NCBI GenBank assembly: GCA_963693365.1
Contig: CAVNZM010000001.1
Location: 1,052,054-1,116,053, forward strand
Length of the DNA stretch: 64,000 nucleotides
Origin: Amoebidium appalachense
Taxonomy: Eukaryota > Protista > Ichthyosporea
Direction of reading: 5' to 3'
Shown here: positions 12,181-22,772 of the stretch, one piece after another
Layout of the letters: every line of letters begins with the position of its first letter
Numbering within the stretch: the stretch's first letter is position 1
Made by a program: the position numbers and the translations under genes
Notes under the pieces: generated by a model
The model's database searches: none
The model's input: the letters and a program-made list of their open reading frames with translations, nothing else
What the model was told of the DNA's origin: nothing

Positions 12181-13531
12181 ATGTTGCACGTAGGTATCGA
12201 GGGTGTGAGTCTTCGTGGGCAGAGATTGGGTGTGAGTGATGATGTGTTGCTTGAATTGGAGGAGGATTTAGTTGGTTTTAGCCGGCATTATATAGACGTA
12301 TGGTTAGCTGATGGTAAGTTGAAGGCTGTTGCTTTGCTCGATGGAGGGGCTCAGGTTAATTGTGTGCATGCTTCGTTTATTCGTCGTTTTAATCAGGCCG
12401 GGGGGGAAATTCCTATTTTAGATGCTTCTAGCACAGCCTTAGGTAGTGCTAATAATAGTAGTATGTCTGTGGAAGGTGTTTGTGTGTTGCCGTGTGAGAT
12501 AGGTGGCCAGGCTATGCATATTGCTTGTTATGTGGTTAAGGATTTAGCTCAAAGTGTTTTGTTGGGAGCCCCATTTTTCCGTAGACATGTGAATGCTTTG
12601 TTTGAACGTACGAATGTTTTAGAATTGCAGTCCGGCGTTAAAATTAAAACCCATGATGGGCTCGACGGTTATCAGTCTGCTGCTAGAACGGTAGCTGAAG
12701 TAGTAATCGAGCCTTATCAGTGCCAAAAGGTACGTGTCCGGGCCGGCAATCATGTTAGGATAGGGGATTTAGGGGTTTTTACTCCGAAAACCCCATTTCA
12801 GGAGGTGGCCCAATGGACCCTTAGTAGGGTATGGCCGGATAAGACAATAGAAATAGAATTAGTGAATCCGGGCATCGAGCCTATAGTGATTAGGTCAGGT
12901 GTTTCCGTCGGTAGTTTCACTAATGAGATTGGTAGTATAGAGGTCTCTCTTATTACCCAAAAAGAGGATGCCGGCTCGAAGGGTGACTCAGGAGGAGGGG
13001 GAACAACTTTATTTAACGTTAGCCACCAAAATGTCACCCGACACGATGGGGGGGGGGACCGGGACAGCACCGGTCCCACTCCCCCGACCCCCAAGAGGAA
13101 GGAGGGTCACCCCGGGTGTGAGAATGTGCAGGCAGGGGGGGAGGGTGTTGGTCTAACCCGTGGATCTGACGGGTTAACCAACACCGTGGGGGGCAGGGTG
13201 GCCACAGACCTGGCCCCCCACATACATGCACTAACTCATCAGGAATTGCCCGGGGGCATTGGTGTGCCGGGGGGAGGGGGGGTGCTAAGGGTGACCGCCT
13301 ATATCCGGAGGTACCTCAACCTCACCCCGAGCAGCACCAATGTAATACAGGAGGTGAAATGTTAAGTGGCACTCCGGTGAATAAGGATGCATCCACTTGT
13401 GATGGGGGTAACCCGGAGTTAGTATTGCCGTTTGGTATGAAGGAGGGGGATTGGACGGTAGAACAGAAAAAATTGCTAGCTAATTTATTTGATAGGACTC
13501 GGTTTGCATTTCTGGCCGATGATAACGAAGT
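12181..13531 (+). pseudogene. Gypsy pol N-terminus: aspartic protease and pre-RT linker
   Basis: ALLDGGAQVNCV and VLLGAPFF retropepsin motifs. EQKKLLANLFDRTRFAFLADDNEVG is a typical pre-RT segment and is cut at 13532. Confidence 0.85.
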
Positions 13532-13727
13532 GGGGTTTACGCTGTTTACTCGAGGCAAAGAGAACCAGTCTCAGGTATGGGGGGGGGGGGGTTTGCTCGG
13601 AATATCCCCTCAGCGGTATATCATGATCACGTACATAGATGTCGGGTGGTGACTATATATCAGGGTTTACTTTCTCTACGAGACACCATAAAGACTACAA
13701 GGAGAAATCAATTAGTTGGGGTTCCCC

Positions 13728-13773
<46 letters not shown>

Positions 13774-13805
13774 GGGCTCCCCTCGGGACACTCGGTATCA
13801 GCTGG

Positions 13806-13850
<45 letters not shown>

Positions 13851-14452
13851 TTTGTGTGTGTGTGTGCGCGTGCGCTATAATTTTGTAGTGATGTGTTTCT
13901 CAAGCCAATCAATACATCTAATAAACAGGTTGTAGTTACGCGTGTTTAGTATAAAATCAAGGATGTTGTAATTTACAGGTAGGCTATCTTTCTGGGTGTC
14001 TGTTGTGAATGTGACGTGTGTGTGTTGCGGTATTATGTGGTCTATCAAACTACATTTGGCGATACATGACCGGTTAAACTGGTGTGTGTGTGTGTTGTTT
14101 GGGCATGCAAATGATGCCACCTTATACTTATTAGATCTCCACTGTATAGCACGTGTACAGTAAAAGCGTGGTAATTGATCAATAATACCATCAGCTAGAG
14201 AAAGACCAGTTCTACAGGAAGGTAATATGTATTTAGGTGTTATACACTTGCGAGTGCCATATTTGGCAATATGGTTGAGGCGGTCAGTATATATAAAACG
14301 AGACATAAGGCTTAGTTTTTCAAGGTGTATGCTTTCATCGGGTCTAGTGTCGTGTGGTATCTTTTTCCATTTGTTATATTGCGTGATTATCTTGTGATTG
14401 TGTACATGTTTAACAAGTAAGTGGCAGTCCAAAGTCACACACACACTATTGC
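13532..14452 (-). mobile_element. LINE-beta 5'-truncated copy (ORF2 C-terminus + 3' UTR)
   Basis: ORF 13875-14444 aligns by eye with the LINE-alpha ORF2 C-terminus (QWRSNK/AWRCNR; YNILDFILN/MTILDHLIN). It ends GTAAACCCC on the sense strand. Further copies lie at 41314 and 62357. Confidence 0.88.
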
Positions 14453-15944
14453 GGGGTTTATTTGTATTTGTGCCCAGGGGAGAAGGGGGAGAGAGAGGGG
14501 AGGAAAGAGGGGAGAGGTGAGGAGGGGACAGGTCGGATAGAGAAGAGAGGGTGGGAGGGCAAATACTTCTTTAAGCGGCTTATGTGCTTATTGAATTTCA
14601 GCGCGAGATAGGATACTCTAGCAGCTATTGGGACCAGACCATATATCGAGAGCGTTACAGGCCCAGGTTTACAACAGTTGTTAGATAGAAAGGAGGCAAC
14701 TTCTGCTTCAAGGAAATTTGCCAGGGGTTTAAGCGCTCTAGTTCTCTCTTTCTTGATCCAAGCGGCGAGAAGGGGTAAACCATATTCACATGCCGGGAAG
14801 ACAAAAGTGCGAATAAATGTAAGTCTAATAGAAGGATGGAGGGGTGTGTCTTTAAAAATATTAGCCGAGAAGAAAGCTAACCGCTTACGAGCCAACTCTA
14901 CCCTCTTTTCGACCATATGGGGAAACATAACACCAACAGAATCAACCGGAACACCAAGATATTTGTATTCTGGAACTATAGGTACAGGTTTAGATGATAA
15001 TGTAAATGTGTGTAAATTGTTAGCTATATCAGGTACAAGAACACCACATTTGTCTATGTTAAGGATCATAAGGTTTGCCTTGCACCACTCTGACACTACA
15101 TCGAACAATCTTTGCAGGCGTCTAGGGGTACGGGCAAGGAGGGACAGATCATCAGCATAGAGAAGTGCAGGCGGAAAGTTATTAATAGGGTCATCGTTTT
15201 CGGCGTAAATCTTGACAGCCAAATCATCTATAAATAGGTTAAACAAAAAGGGGCTAAGCAATGAACCCTGCAAGAGACCTCTAGTACGAGCAAAACCATA
15301 TGAAAGATGCCCATTAACCACAGCTCTACCATAGGTTTGAGACAAGAGTGCTTCTAACAGAACACCAATGCAGTGTGGTACACCCCGTGCAGCAAGCTTT
15401 TCCCATAGGAGACCAGGGGAGACAGAATCGTAAGCAGTTTTCCAATCAATAAAGCCAACATATTGTGCACCAACTTGCATAGAATCGTGCAGTGCCATTA
15501 TTTGAACATAACATGAATTGTTTTTACGAAAAGCGGATTGGCATGGGTGTATGTGAAGAATAGATTGAAACCTAGGGTGATGTGCAAATAACCTAAGTAA
15601 GCAAGCTTCAAAGAATCTACGAACAACCTGGGTTAGTGTAATGGGGCGAAAGGATGATATGGGGCCCTCAGAGTCCTTCTTAACTATGGGGATCACTAAG
15701 GTATCTAACCAAGATGACGGGACATGTCCACATTTAACACACCAAGAAAAGAGAGAGCTTAACATGATAGTAAGATCAGGTTTAATAGCACGATCACTTT
15801 CCTTTTGTGGGTAGGAGGGAACAAGGATTTTAAGAAACCCAGCAGGGAGTCCATCAGGTCCACAAGACTTACTAGAGCTATAACTAGATATCACAGACCA
15901 TATGGCATCGGGACTGAAAAAGGGGAGGATCGATTCTATGGGGG
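14453..15944 (-). pseudogene. LINE-gamma RT fragment (continues 20585-20669)
   Basis: Motifs SCGPDGLP, FRPITL, FIDWKTAYDSV, GLLQGSLLSPFLF, YADD and YKYLG. It rejoins across LINE-alpha, as shown by the uninterrupted copy at 56160-56280. Confidence 0.92.
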
Positions 15945-15946
15945 TC

Positions 15947-16040
15947 AGGCACTTTCTCTACTTAGAGGCACTTTCTCTACTTAGGCACTTTCTCTACTTA
16001 GGCATCGGCCTTTACTTAGGCATCCACCTCTACTTAGGCC
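15947..16040 (+). repeat. 5' UTR tandem repeats (~17-19 bp, GGCACTTTCTCTACTTA)
   Basis: Three exact units and two degenerate units, all ending TACTTAG. Confidence 0.85.
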
Positions 16041-16066
16041 CCTTGAGGGGCAGCTAGAACCCACCC

Positions 16067-17213
16067 ATGGCGTCTCAGGATGCATCCTTGTCCCCGGACC
16101 CTCCTGGGACACCGCCTGGGAGCCGCAAACGTGATACACGGGATGGAGAATCCCCAGATAAGAGGCTAACTAAACTGAGCCGAGCGGAACAGGTTCCCTT
16201 TCCCGAGGTTAAAGCGCCACCGGCCGTGCCGCCAGCAAGTAGTTTTATTTCGAAAGAACAACTGCACTTGATACCCGAGAAGGCTAGGAAAGCCGTGCTC
16301 AAACTTATGGCGCATCATGAGCAGCTCCGCACCCAAGTCTCCGACTTAACAACCCAAGTAGCTGAGTATAAAGCCAAACAGGACCACACAGACCTCCTTG
16401 TTCAGCAAATGGAGACGCGCTTACGGCAGCTGGAAGCTGACCGGGCAACCCCCACCGGCCCTGCCCACGCGGGCCCGGCCCCTGCAGCACAGGCAACCCC
16501 CGATGGGTTACCCACCCCCCCCGGGGTCTCCCAAGTTCATACCCACAACGAATCCTAAGGTGTACCGCACTACGGTGGACGCCAAGACCGTGTACGTGTC
16601 CGAGAAAGTCAAAACGTATGCCGAGTCGGTGGCCCAGACCCACGGGGCTACCCAGGCTTTGGCAGCCCTTGCCGCAGCGTCAGCACTGCACCCAACCCGC
16701 CGCCCTCGGGTGGCGTCTGACCCTGCCCCTCAGGGTACCGACGAGTCCGAGTTGACCACTGCAGCCTTCACCTTGGTGCCGGCCAACATCAGCACCATGC
16801 GTGACCGTCTTTACACCCTCGGTGTCCTCAACCGAATGATTCCCGACATGCTCTTCATTGGCCGTCGCTACACAGTGTTCATTGTGCGTGCCGGCTACCG
16901 TGATACCCTCATAAACATCATCCAACGTGCTACCGACGCCACCTTTCTCGCAGACTTCGATCCTACGGCTCCCTACAACACCACACTTAACCGTGTTGAT
17001 GCAGAGGCCGCTGCCCGGGCCTCTTGGCAACGCCGGGTGCTTGCAAGAATGGCCAACGCCCATGCATGGGCTGTCAAGGCAGCCACACTTTACCCGGCAC
17101 ACGACAGCCGGGCCAAAACAGCAGCTGAGGTGCGTGCCTACTGGGAGGCTCAGCACGTGCAGGTCTTCAGCAAGCCCTACGACCCCACCGCCGCACCAGC
17201 CAACTCCCAGTAA
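16067..17213 (+). CDS. LINE-alpha ORF1 (coiled-coil, putative RNA-binding), split by a frameshift probably near the C-run at ~16515
   Basis: Overlapping ORFs 16067-16558 (heptad-rich) and 16398-17213 end 2 nt before the ORF2 ATG. Confidence 0.7.
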
Positions 17214-17215
17214 GC

Positions 17216-20200
17216 ATGCTCTCCTTTCTTTTCTGGAATGCTCGTAGTCTAAATAAGAGTAAAGCACAGTTTCTTCTTTCGTTACCCCAACAGGAGTTCC
17301 CGTTTATTGTTGTCGCAGAAACGTGGTGGCGAGACCACGCCACACTCCGTCGGTCTGGACGGCTCGTCGGCGAGTCTACTCAGCCTGTGGGCCACAAGCC
17401 TCACTCCGGCATAGTGTTCATCGCCGCCTACCACTTTGTTAACCACTGTTCAGTTATAGCACGTACAATACACACACTCACCATCTCAGTTTGTGGCCAT
17501 ATATGCACTTTTGTTTATTTTCCACCTAGCCTTCCACTTCTAGCACTTAAACACGAGCTTAACACCATCGCCCCACATAACCCCACACTAGTGTTAGGAG
17601 ACTTTAATAGCCCGCTAACTACCACCCCACAACCCCTACACGGCCACCCACAAGCCCTACTTAAACCCAACCACCCACGCACGCCAACCTTTCACACTTT
17701 TGTTACAGCCTTACGCCTTACTCTTCCATCTGTAGTACAAGAACACCGCACGGACTGGGGGGCAGCCTCTGGTCCTTGCACCTTACACATACACCACAAC
17801 CTACACCCCCCACCGTCAGACCACCTACCTATAGTCTTTCGCACTACACTTAGCCGTTCTACGCCGTCACCACAACACACTTACAGACTTAACGTACGCG
17901 AACTTAAAAGCCAGCGCGGCCAAGCAGACACTCGATTCTTTTTCGAGACGGTGCAACCGAGTCTATTATCGCTTGTGCGTGATGGACGCCAAACCCCACT
18001 ACGCACCGACCAGACCTTCATCGATAGCGTCTGGTCTACAGTACGAGAAACCTTGTGGGACATAGGTGAATATGCCTGTTTAGGTGCCCAAGTTTACCCA
18101 CAAGCACGAACTACACACACTCGCGGCCCTCGAGCGGAGGCTGCCTTACGTAAGCCTCTACCGTATCACATGCTATTGGGTAATATTCGGAAGATTGTTC
18201 GCGGCGATCATTCGATTCGAATAACGGCCGACCCGTCATCCGACCCGGAATCTGCAACCGATTCCTTTTACGGCACCCTGTTTAAACGTAACCCGACATG
18301 TATGGCCACGGACCTGGGGCAGGCGCCCCCTCCTGTTTTTGTTCCACCCTCCGACACACCACCACCACCACACACGGCGTGGCCAGCGGGGCCGGCTGAG
18401 TTTGGGGCGGAATTGGGGGAACTTTTTACCCCAGATGCGGTATGGCAGTTAGTCTCCCGTTACCCGTCCCGCAAAGCGTGCGGGCCGGACGGCATCCCTA
18501 TGGCACTACTTAAGGTACTCATCCCACCCCGACCCGAGAAAGACGAAAAGCGTGGCCCGCCGCCACCACTTACATGTATTCTTAGCGAGTTATTTAGCTG
18601 GTATTCTGATGTCGGTAAAGTGCCCTCGGAGTGGCTAGCCACCTTAGTGTTTCCCATCAAGAAAACGGTTGCACAGGGTCCCATCCACGAATTTCGCCCT
18701 ATCACCCTTACGTCCGTTTTTCGCCGATTATTCGAAAGTGGCCTTTTACAGGCCTTTTCCCGTAACCCCACCCTTAAGCAGGCTTCCCAGCTGAGCCCTC
18801 TTCAGGCGGCGTTTCGGCATCGACACTCATGTTACGCACAAATCCTCACTCTACATAATGCAACTCAAAGTGATACCGAGCACCTCGTATTTATCGATTT
18901 TAAGAACGCGTACGACACGGTCGACCTCCCTCGCCTGTGGGCCAAGTTAGCCACTCGCGGTGTCCCATTCCAAATGGGTCGGCTACTGGAAGCTATGTTT
19001 ACGTTTACACGCGGACGAGCGGTGGTTAATGGGCGGCTATCCCCAGGGTTTACCCGCACGCGCGGGGTACTTCAAGGGTCCCTGCTAAGTCCTCTTCTTT
19101 TCAACCTGTATATTGATGATTTAGCCGACACTCTTTCTGCGGCACAAATTGACGGGGGGTTGCCATCCCAGGCTCCTCCCGCCCTCTTTTTTGCCGACGA
19201 TATTGTGCTTATGTCATCCGATCCTCTCGAACTACGGCAATACATTCGTGTGGTTGAACATTGGTGCCAGCGCAACGATATGCAGATTAATGTCAAAAAG
19301 TGTGCCCTTTTATCAAAATCGATACCGGCATGGGACGACGTTTGTATTTTCGGCAGTCCCCTCCCTCGCCCAATCGAATACAAGTATTTGGGGATTCCGG
19401 TGGACGAATGGGGCATATGTTTCAAACGGATGATCGACCGTCGGGTGGAGAGTGCAGGCAGGTGTCTTCGGTTATTTCGGGATGTGTATCTTGCTTCTCT
19501 TTCTCATACTGTCCACCTATACAATCGTCTTAGTATATTTCGCACATATATTCGCCCTTTGTCGGAATACGGGTTGCCCTTACTAGCTATGGCACCCCCT
19601 GATACTGTTACTAATGTCCTCAAATCATTAGATGATTTCCATTACACAACTTGTTGTATGTTTATCACTGGTCTTTCCACACCTATCCCTAGACGCCTTT
19701 TTGATTCTCTCTACGCACTCACACCACCATCACAACGCGTACACGAATTAGCCCTTAAATTTCACGAGCACATCACCCGCCTGTCCGCTTGTGCCCCGGA
19801 CCACCCGCTCTTCCGGCTACACGCATCCCCGCCGGATTCGCCCCTGTACCTCTTCCCTTCCCCATCGTCTCTGCCCATTGCCGAGCGCTATGTGGAATGG
19901 CTGGCGACCCCCCCGGAGGTCCGGCTAGATCATAGTGTGAATATGAATAGTTTCAAGTCTATGGCTGATAGATATCTTTTTACTCTACGTGTTGAGTCCC
20001 TTCCGGTGTTAGGACCGCACAAACACCAACTACTAGTAGCCTATATGGCGGATACGGTTAGAGAGTCTCGTTCATACATAGATTCGTTTATTCGTAATGT
20101 GGTGTGGTGTAAAAACGCAAAGATGATTATGGCTTGGCGGTGTAATCGGTTTCTGGTGTCTCCTGCTCGTATGTGTAATATGTGTGGGGGGCGGTTTACT

Positions 20201-20419
20201 CGCGGCTGCATATCTATCAATAAATGCAACCTGTTAGCTAATGTATTAGAACCGGAGGTTATTGGCGGTTTTATTCTCTTTTCTTCATCTCTTCCTCAAT
20301 ATATCCGTTTTAAGATGACTATCCTAGATCACCTTATTAATGCTGCACAGTATGATATTGTGATCCGGTGCCTTAACTTTCTGTCGGAGCTACCGATGCT
20401 AGCATCTGCTTACCCATAA
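17216..20419 (+). CDS. LINE-alpha ORF2: AP-endonuclease + reverse transcriptase + Cys-containing C-terminus
   Basis: APE motifs WNARSL, VAETW, VLGDFN and SDHLPI. RT motifs GPDGIP, RPITL, FIDFKNAYD, QGSLLSP, FADD and YKYLG. C-terminal CNMC...RGC. Confidence 0.96.
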   Translation: MLSFLFWNARSLNKSKAQFLLSLPQQEFPFIVVAETWWRDHATLRRSGRLVGESTQPVGHKPHSGIVFIAAYHFVNHCSVIARTIHTLTISVCGHICTFVYFPPSLPLLALKHELNTIAPHNPTLVLGDFNSPLTTTPQPLHGHPQALLKPNHPRTPTFHTFVTALRLTLPSVVQEHRTDWGAASGPCTLHIHHNLHPPPSDHLPIVFRTTLSRSTPSPQHTYRLNVRELKSQRGQADTRFFFETVQPSLLSLVRDGRQTPLRTDQTFIDSVWSTVRETLWDIGEYACLGAQVYPQARTTHTRGPRAEAALRKPLPYHMLLGNIRKIVRGDHSIRITADPSSDPESATDSFYGTLFKRNPTCMATDLGQAPPPVFVPPSDTPPPPHTAWPAGPAEFGAELGELFTPDAVWQLVSRYPSRKACGPDGIPMALLKVLIPPRPEKDEKRGPPPPLTCILSELFSWYSDVGKVPSEWLATLVFPIKKTVAQGPIHEFRPITLTSVFRRLFESGLLQAFSRNPTLKQASQLSPLQAAFRHRHSCYAQILTLHNATQSDTEHLVFIDFKNAYDTVDLPRLWAKLATRGVPFQMGRLLEAMFTFTRGRAVVNGRLSPGFTRTRGVLQGSLLSPLLFNLYIDDLADTLSAAQIDGGLPSQAPPALFFADDIVLMSSDPLELRQYIRVVEHWCQRNDMQINVKKCALLSKSIPAWDDVCIFGSPLPRPIEYKYLGIPVDEWGICFKRMIDRRVESAGRCLRLFRDVYLASLSHTVHLYNRLSIFRTYIRPLSEYGLPLLAMAPPDTVTNVLKSLDDFHYTTCCMFITGLSTPIPRRLFDSLYALTPPSQRVHELALKFHEHITRLSACAPDHPLFRLHASPPDSPLYLFPSPSSLPIAERYVEWLATPPEVRLDHSVNMNSFKSMADRYLFTLRVESLPVLGPHKHQLLVAYMADTVRESRSYIDSFIRNVVWCKNAKMIMAWRCNRFLVSPARMCNMCGGRFTRGCISINKCNLLANVLEPEVIGGFILFSSSLPQYIRFKMTILDHLINAAQYDIVIRCLNFLSELPMLASAYP

Positions 20420-20669
20420 TATGTAATAGGGGTGTCAGATCCTACGATGGCGCTCATTGTTGCCTAGCATGTACATATGTCACTGGCTGCATTTGATTGG
20501 CTGTGCTGGAAAACGCAGTAGGCCGTCGAATGTGGCTGGGCCTCCGGCAATGTCCACGAAATAAAAAGTGTGTAAACCCCCCAAATAGATGGGTCTACAG
20601 GCCACACAATAGGTTTCTGAGCGGGGGTCCTATCTTTAAACAGTTCCGAGAAATACTTATCAGAGTCTA

Positions 20670-22032
20670 GGCTTCGTTAAAGGGTTTGAAATGCAGATCG
20701 ACACAGGTTGATAATAGGCCGGTAGTGATGCCTAGCTATAGAATGGAGCAGTATAAATTGTCGGATGCGCTAATAATAGTGAGTGATATGTTAAAAAAGG
20801 GTCATGTGGAGCATAGTTCGAGTCCGTGGAGAAGTCCGGTGCTATTGGTCAAGAAGCCCGACGGGTCTTGGCGTCTAGTGAACGATTACAGGGCTCTGAA
20901 TCGGATCACTAAGGCAGACCAATGGCCTCTCCCTAACATAGACGAGCAGCTTTCACAGCTGCACGGCTATACTCACTTTGCTAAACTTGATTTAAAAGCA
21001 GCTTTTTGGCAGATAAGGTTGGAGGAGAGCAGCAAGGAGAAGACTGCCTTTGCACTGGGTGACCAGCTGTTCCAGTACAAGGTGGTGCCGATGGGTTTGC
21101 TCTCCTCTCCAGCTATGTTGTGCCGGGTAATGTATAAAATTCTCCACCCTCATTTGGATGTATGCCACCCTTATTTGGATGATGTTTTAATTAAAGGTAG
21201 GTCATTTGAGGAGCTAGTTAATAATTGTGAAAAAGTATTTTTAGCTTTGGGTGAGTCTGGTCTTCGCATTAGTGGTAGCAAGACTGTGATTGGTGTGCCG
21301 GAGGTTAAGTTTTTAGGTCATATTGTGTCTAGTAATGGTCTTTCCCCTGATCCGGAGAATATCCGGGCCATAGTTGAGTGGCCCCGTCCTCAGACTGTCA
21401 CTCAACTAAGGCAATTTTTAGGTTTAACTAATTATCTTCGTCGTTATATTAAGGATTATAGTATGCTTGCTTTGCCGTTAACTAGTCAGACGGGGGGGGA
21501 GAAGAAGAATAGAATAGATTGGAATGTTGATGCTGTTTCTGCTTTCGAAAAGCTTAAGTTAGCTTTGCAGTCTTCGAGTATGCTTGTTCATCCTGATTTT
21601 TCGGCCGGGGGGGGGATGTTTAAAGTTCGGTGTGACGCAAGTAAGGTTGCTGAGGGGGCCGTGTTATATCAAGTGCAGGAGGGGCAGGATAGAGTGATTG
21701 CTTATGCTAGTCGTTCATTTAGTAAAAGTGAACGTAGATATAGCAATCCGGAGAGAGAGTCCCATGCTATCTTTTGGGCAGTCTCACAGGCATGGAGGTA
21801 TATACTCGCAGGCAGGACGTTTGAGGTCTACACCGACCACAAGCCCTGCCTAGCCATGGCCGGCACCACTCGTCTGGTCAACGAGAGGATGCAGAAGTGG
21901 GCCGCGGCTCTCGGTGAGTTCTCCTATAAATTGTTTTATGCCAAGGGTGAAACAATGGTTGACTGTGATGCTCTCTCTCGTGCTGCTTATATTTTGTTTG
22001 AAGAAGAGAAGGAGGGGGAGGGGGGGGGCTAG
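20670..22032 (+). pseudogene. Gypsy RT and RNase H
   Basis: Motifs SPWRSPVLLVKK, DYRALN, LDLKAAFWQI, YLDD, FLGH, CDAS, ERES and TDHKP. Confidence 0.95.
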
Positions 22033-22086
22033 TGAGAGACGGGGGGGGGAGGGGGGAAGGGGGGGAGAGTGAGCAGAAAGGAATAG

Positions 22087-22772
22087 ATGCTGTGTCTGTG
22101 GATGTGTCTTCTTGGGTTCCGGGGTTGCTTGCTTATAAGTGTAGGAGAGGGGGGGGGGAGGTATTTGTCAGTGTCTGAGGTCGGGACCGAGCCTCATGGC
22201 TCGGCCCCTGCCTTAGCACCTACGGCTTTGATCTTAGCGCAGGAGGAAGATGTGTTGATTGGTCTGGTTAAGATTTATTTAAAGGGGCCGGTTGATTCGA
22301 TTAAATTTAAAAATAAAAGGCAGATGATTAAGGTAGCTAAGTTAGCAAAAATGTGTCAGGTAGAGCAGGATTTAGTTTATCATTGTTCTGGGCCAGACGG
22401 ACACCGAGTTTGGGTCCCGACGGCACTTGTGCCTGAGGTTTTGCATATGGTGCATGAGCATCCCATGGCTGGTCATTTAGGTGTAAACAGGACGTTGCTT
22501 CGTGTTAATCGTTCGTATTTTTGGCCGGGTATGAGTAGGGAGGTGAGGGATTATGTGTTGTCATGCATGCATTGTCAGGAAAGGAATGAGAGTCCCCACT
22601 CTCGTTCCCGTCCGTCGTTTATTAGAGATTTTAATGTTCGTATGTTTGAAAGGGTAGCAGTGGATGTGGTCGGTCCTTTTAATTCTACGGTTGAGGGTAA
22701 CACTGTTCTTGTTACCGTCACCGATGTGGCCACTCGTTGGGTTGAAGTTTTTCCTCTCCCCACTGCTAATGC
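22087..22772 (+). pseudogene. Gypsy integrase N-terminus (HHCC) and start of core
   Basis: Motifs HEHPMAGHLG, YFWPGM, CMHCQ and VAVDVVGP. It is cut by Copia-B1. Confidence 0.9.

Larger units (their letters stand above)
15945..20582 (+). mobile_element. LINE-alpha, apparently full-length APE-RT non-LTR retrotransposon
   Basis: 5' tandem repeats, ORF1, intact 1067-aa ORF2 and a short 3' UTR ending AATAAAAAGTGTGTAAACCCCCC. It is inserted into LINE-gamma with no clear TSD. Confidence 0.92.
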
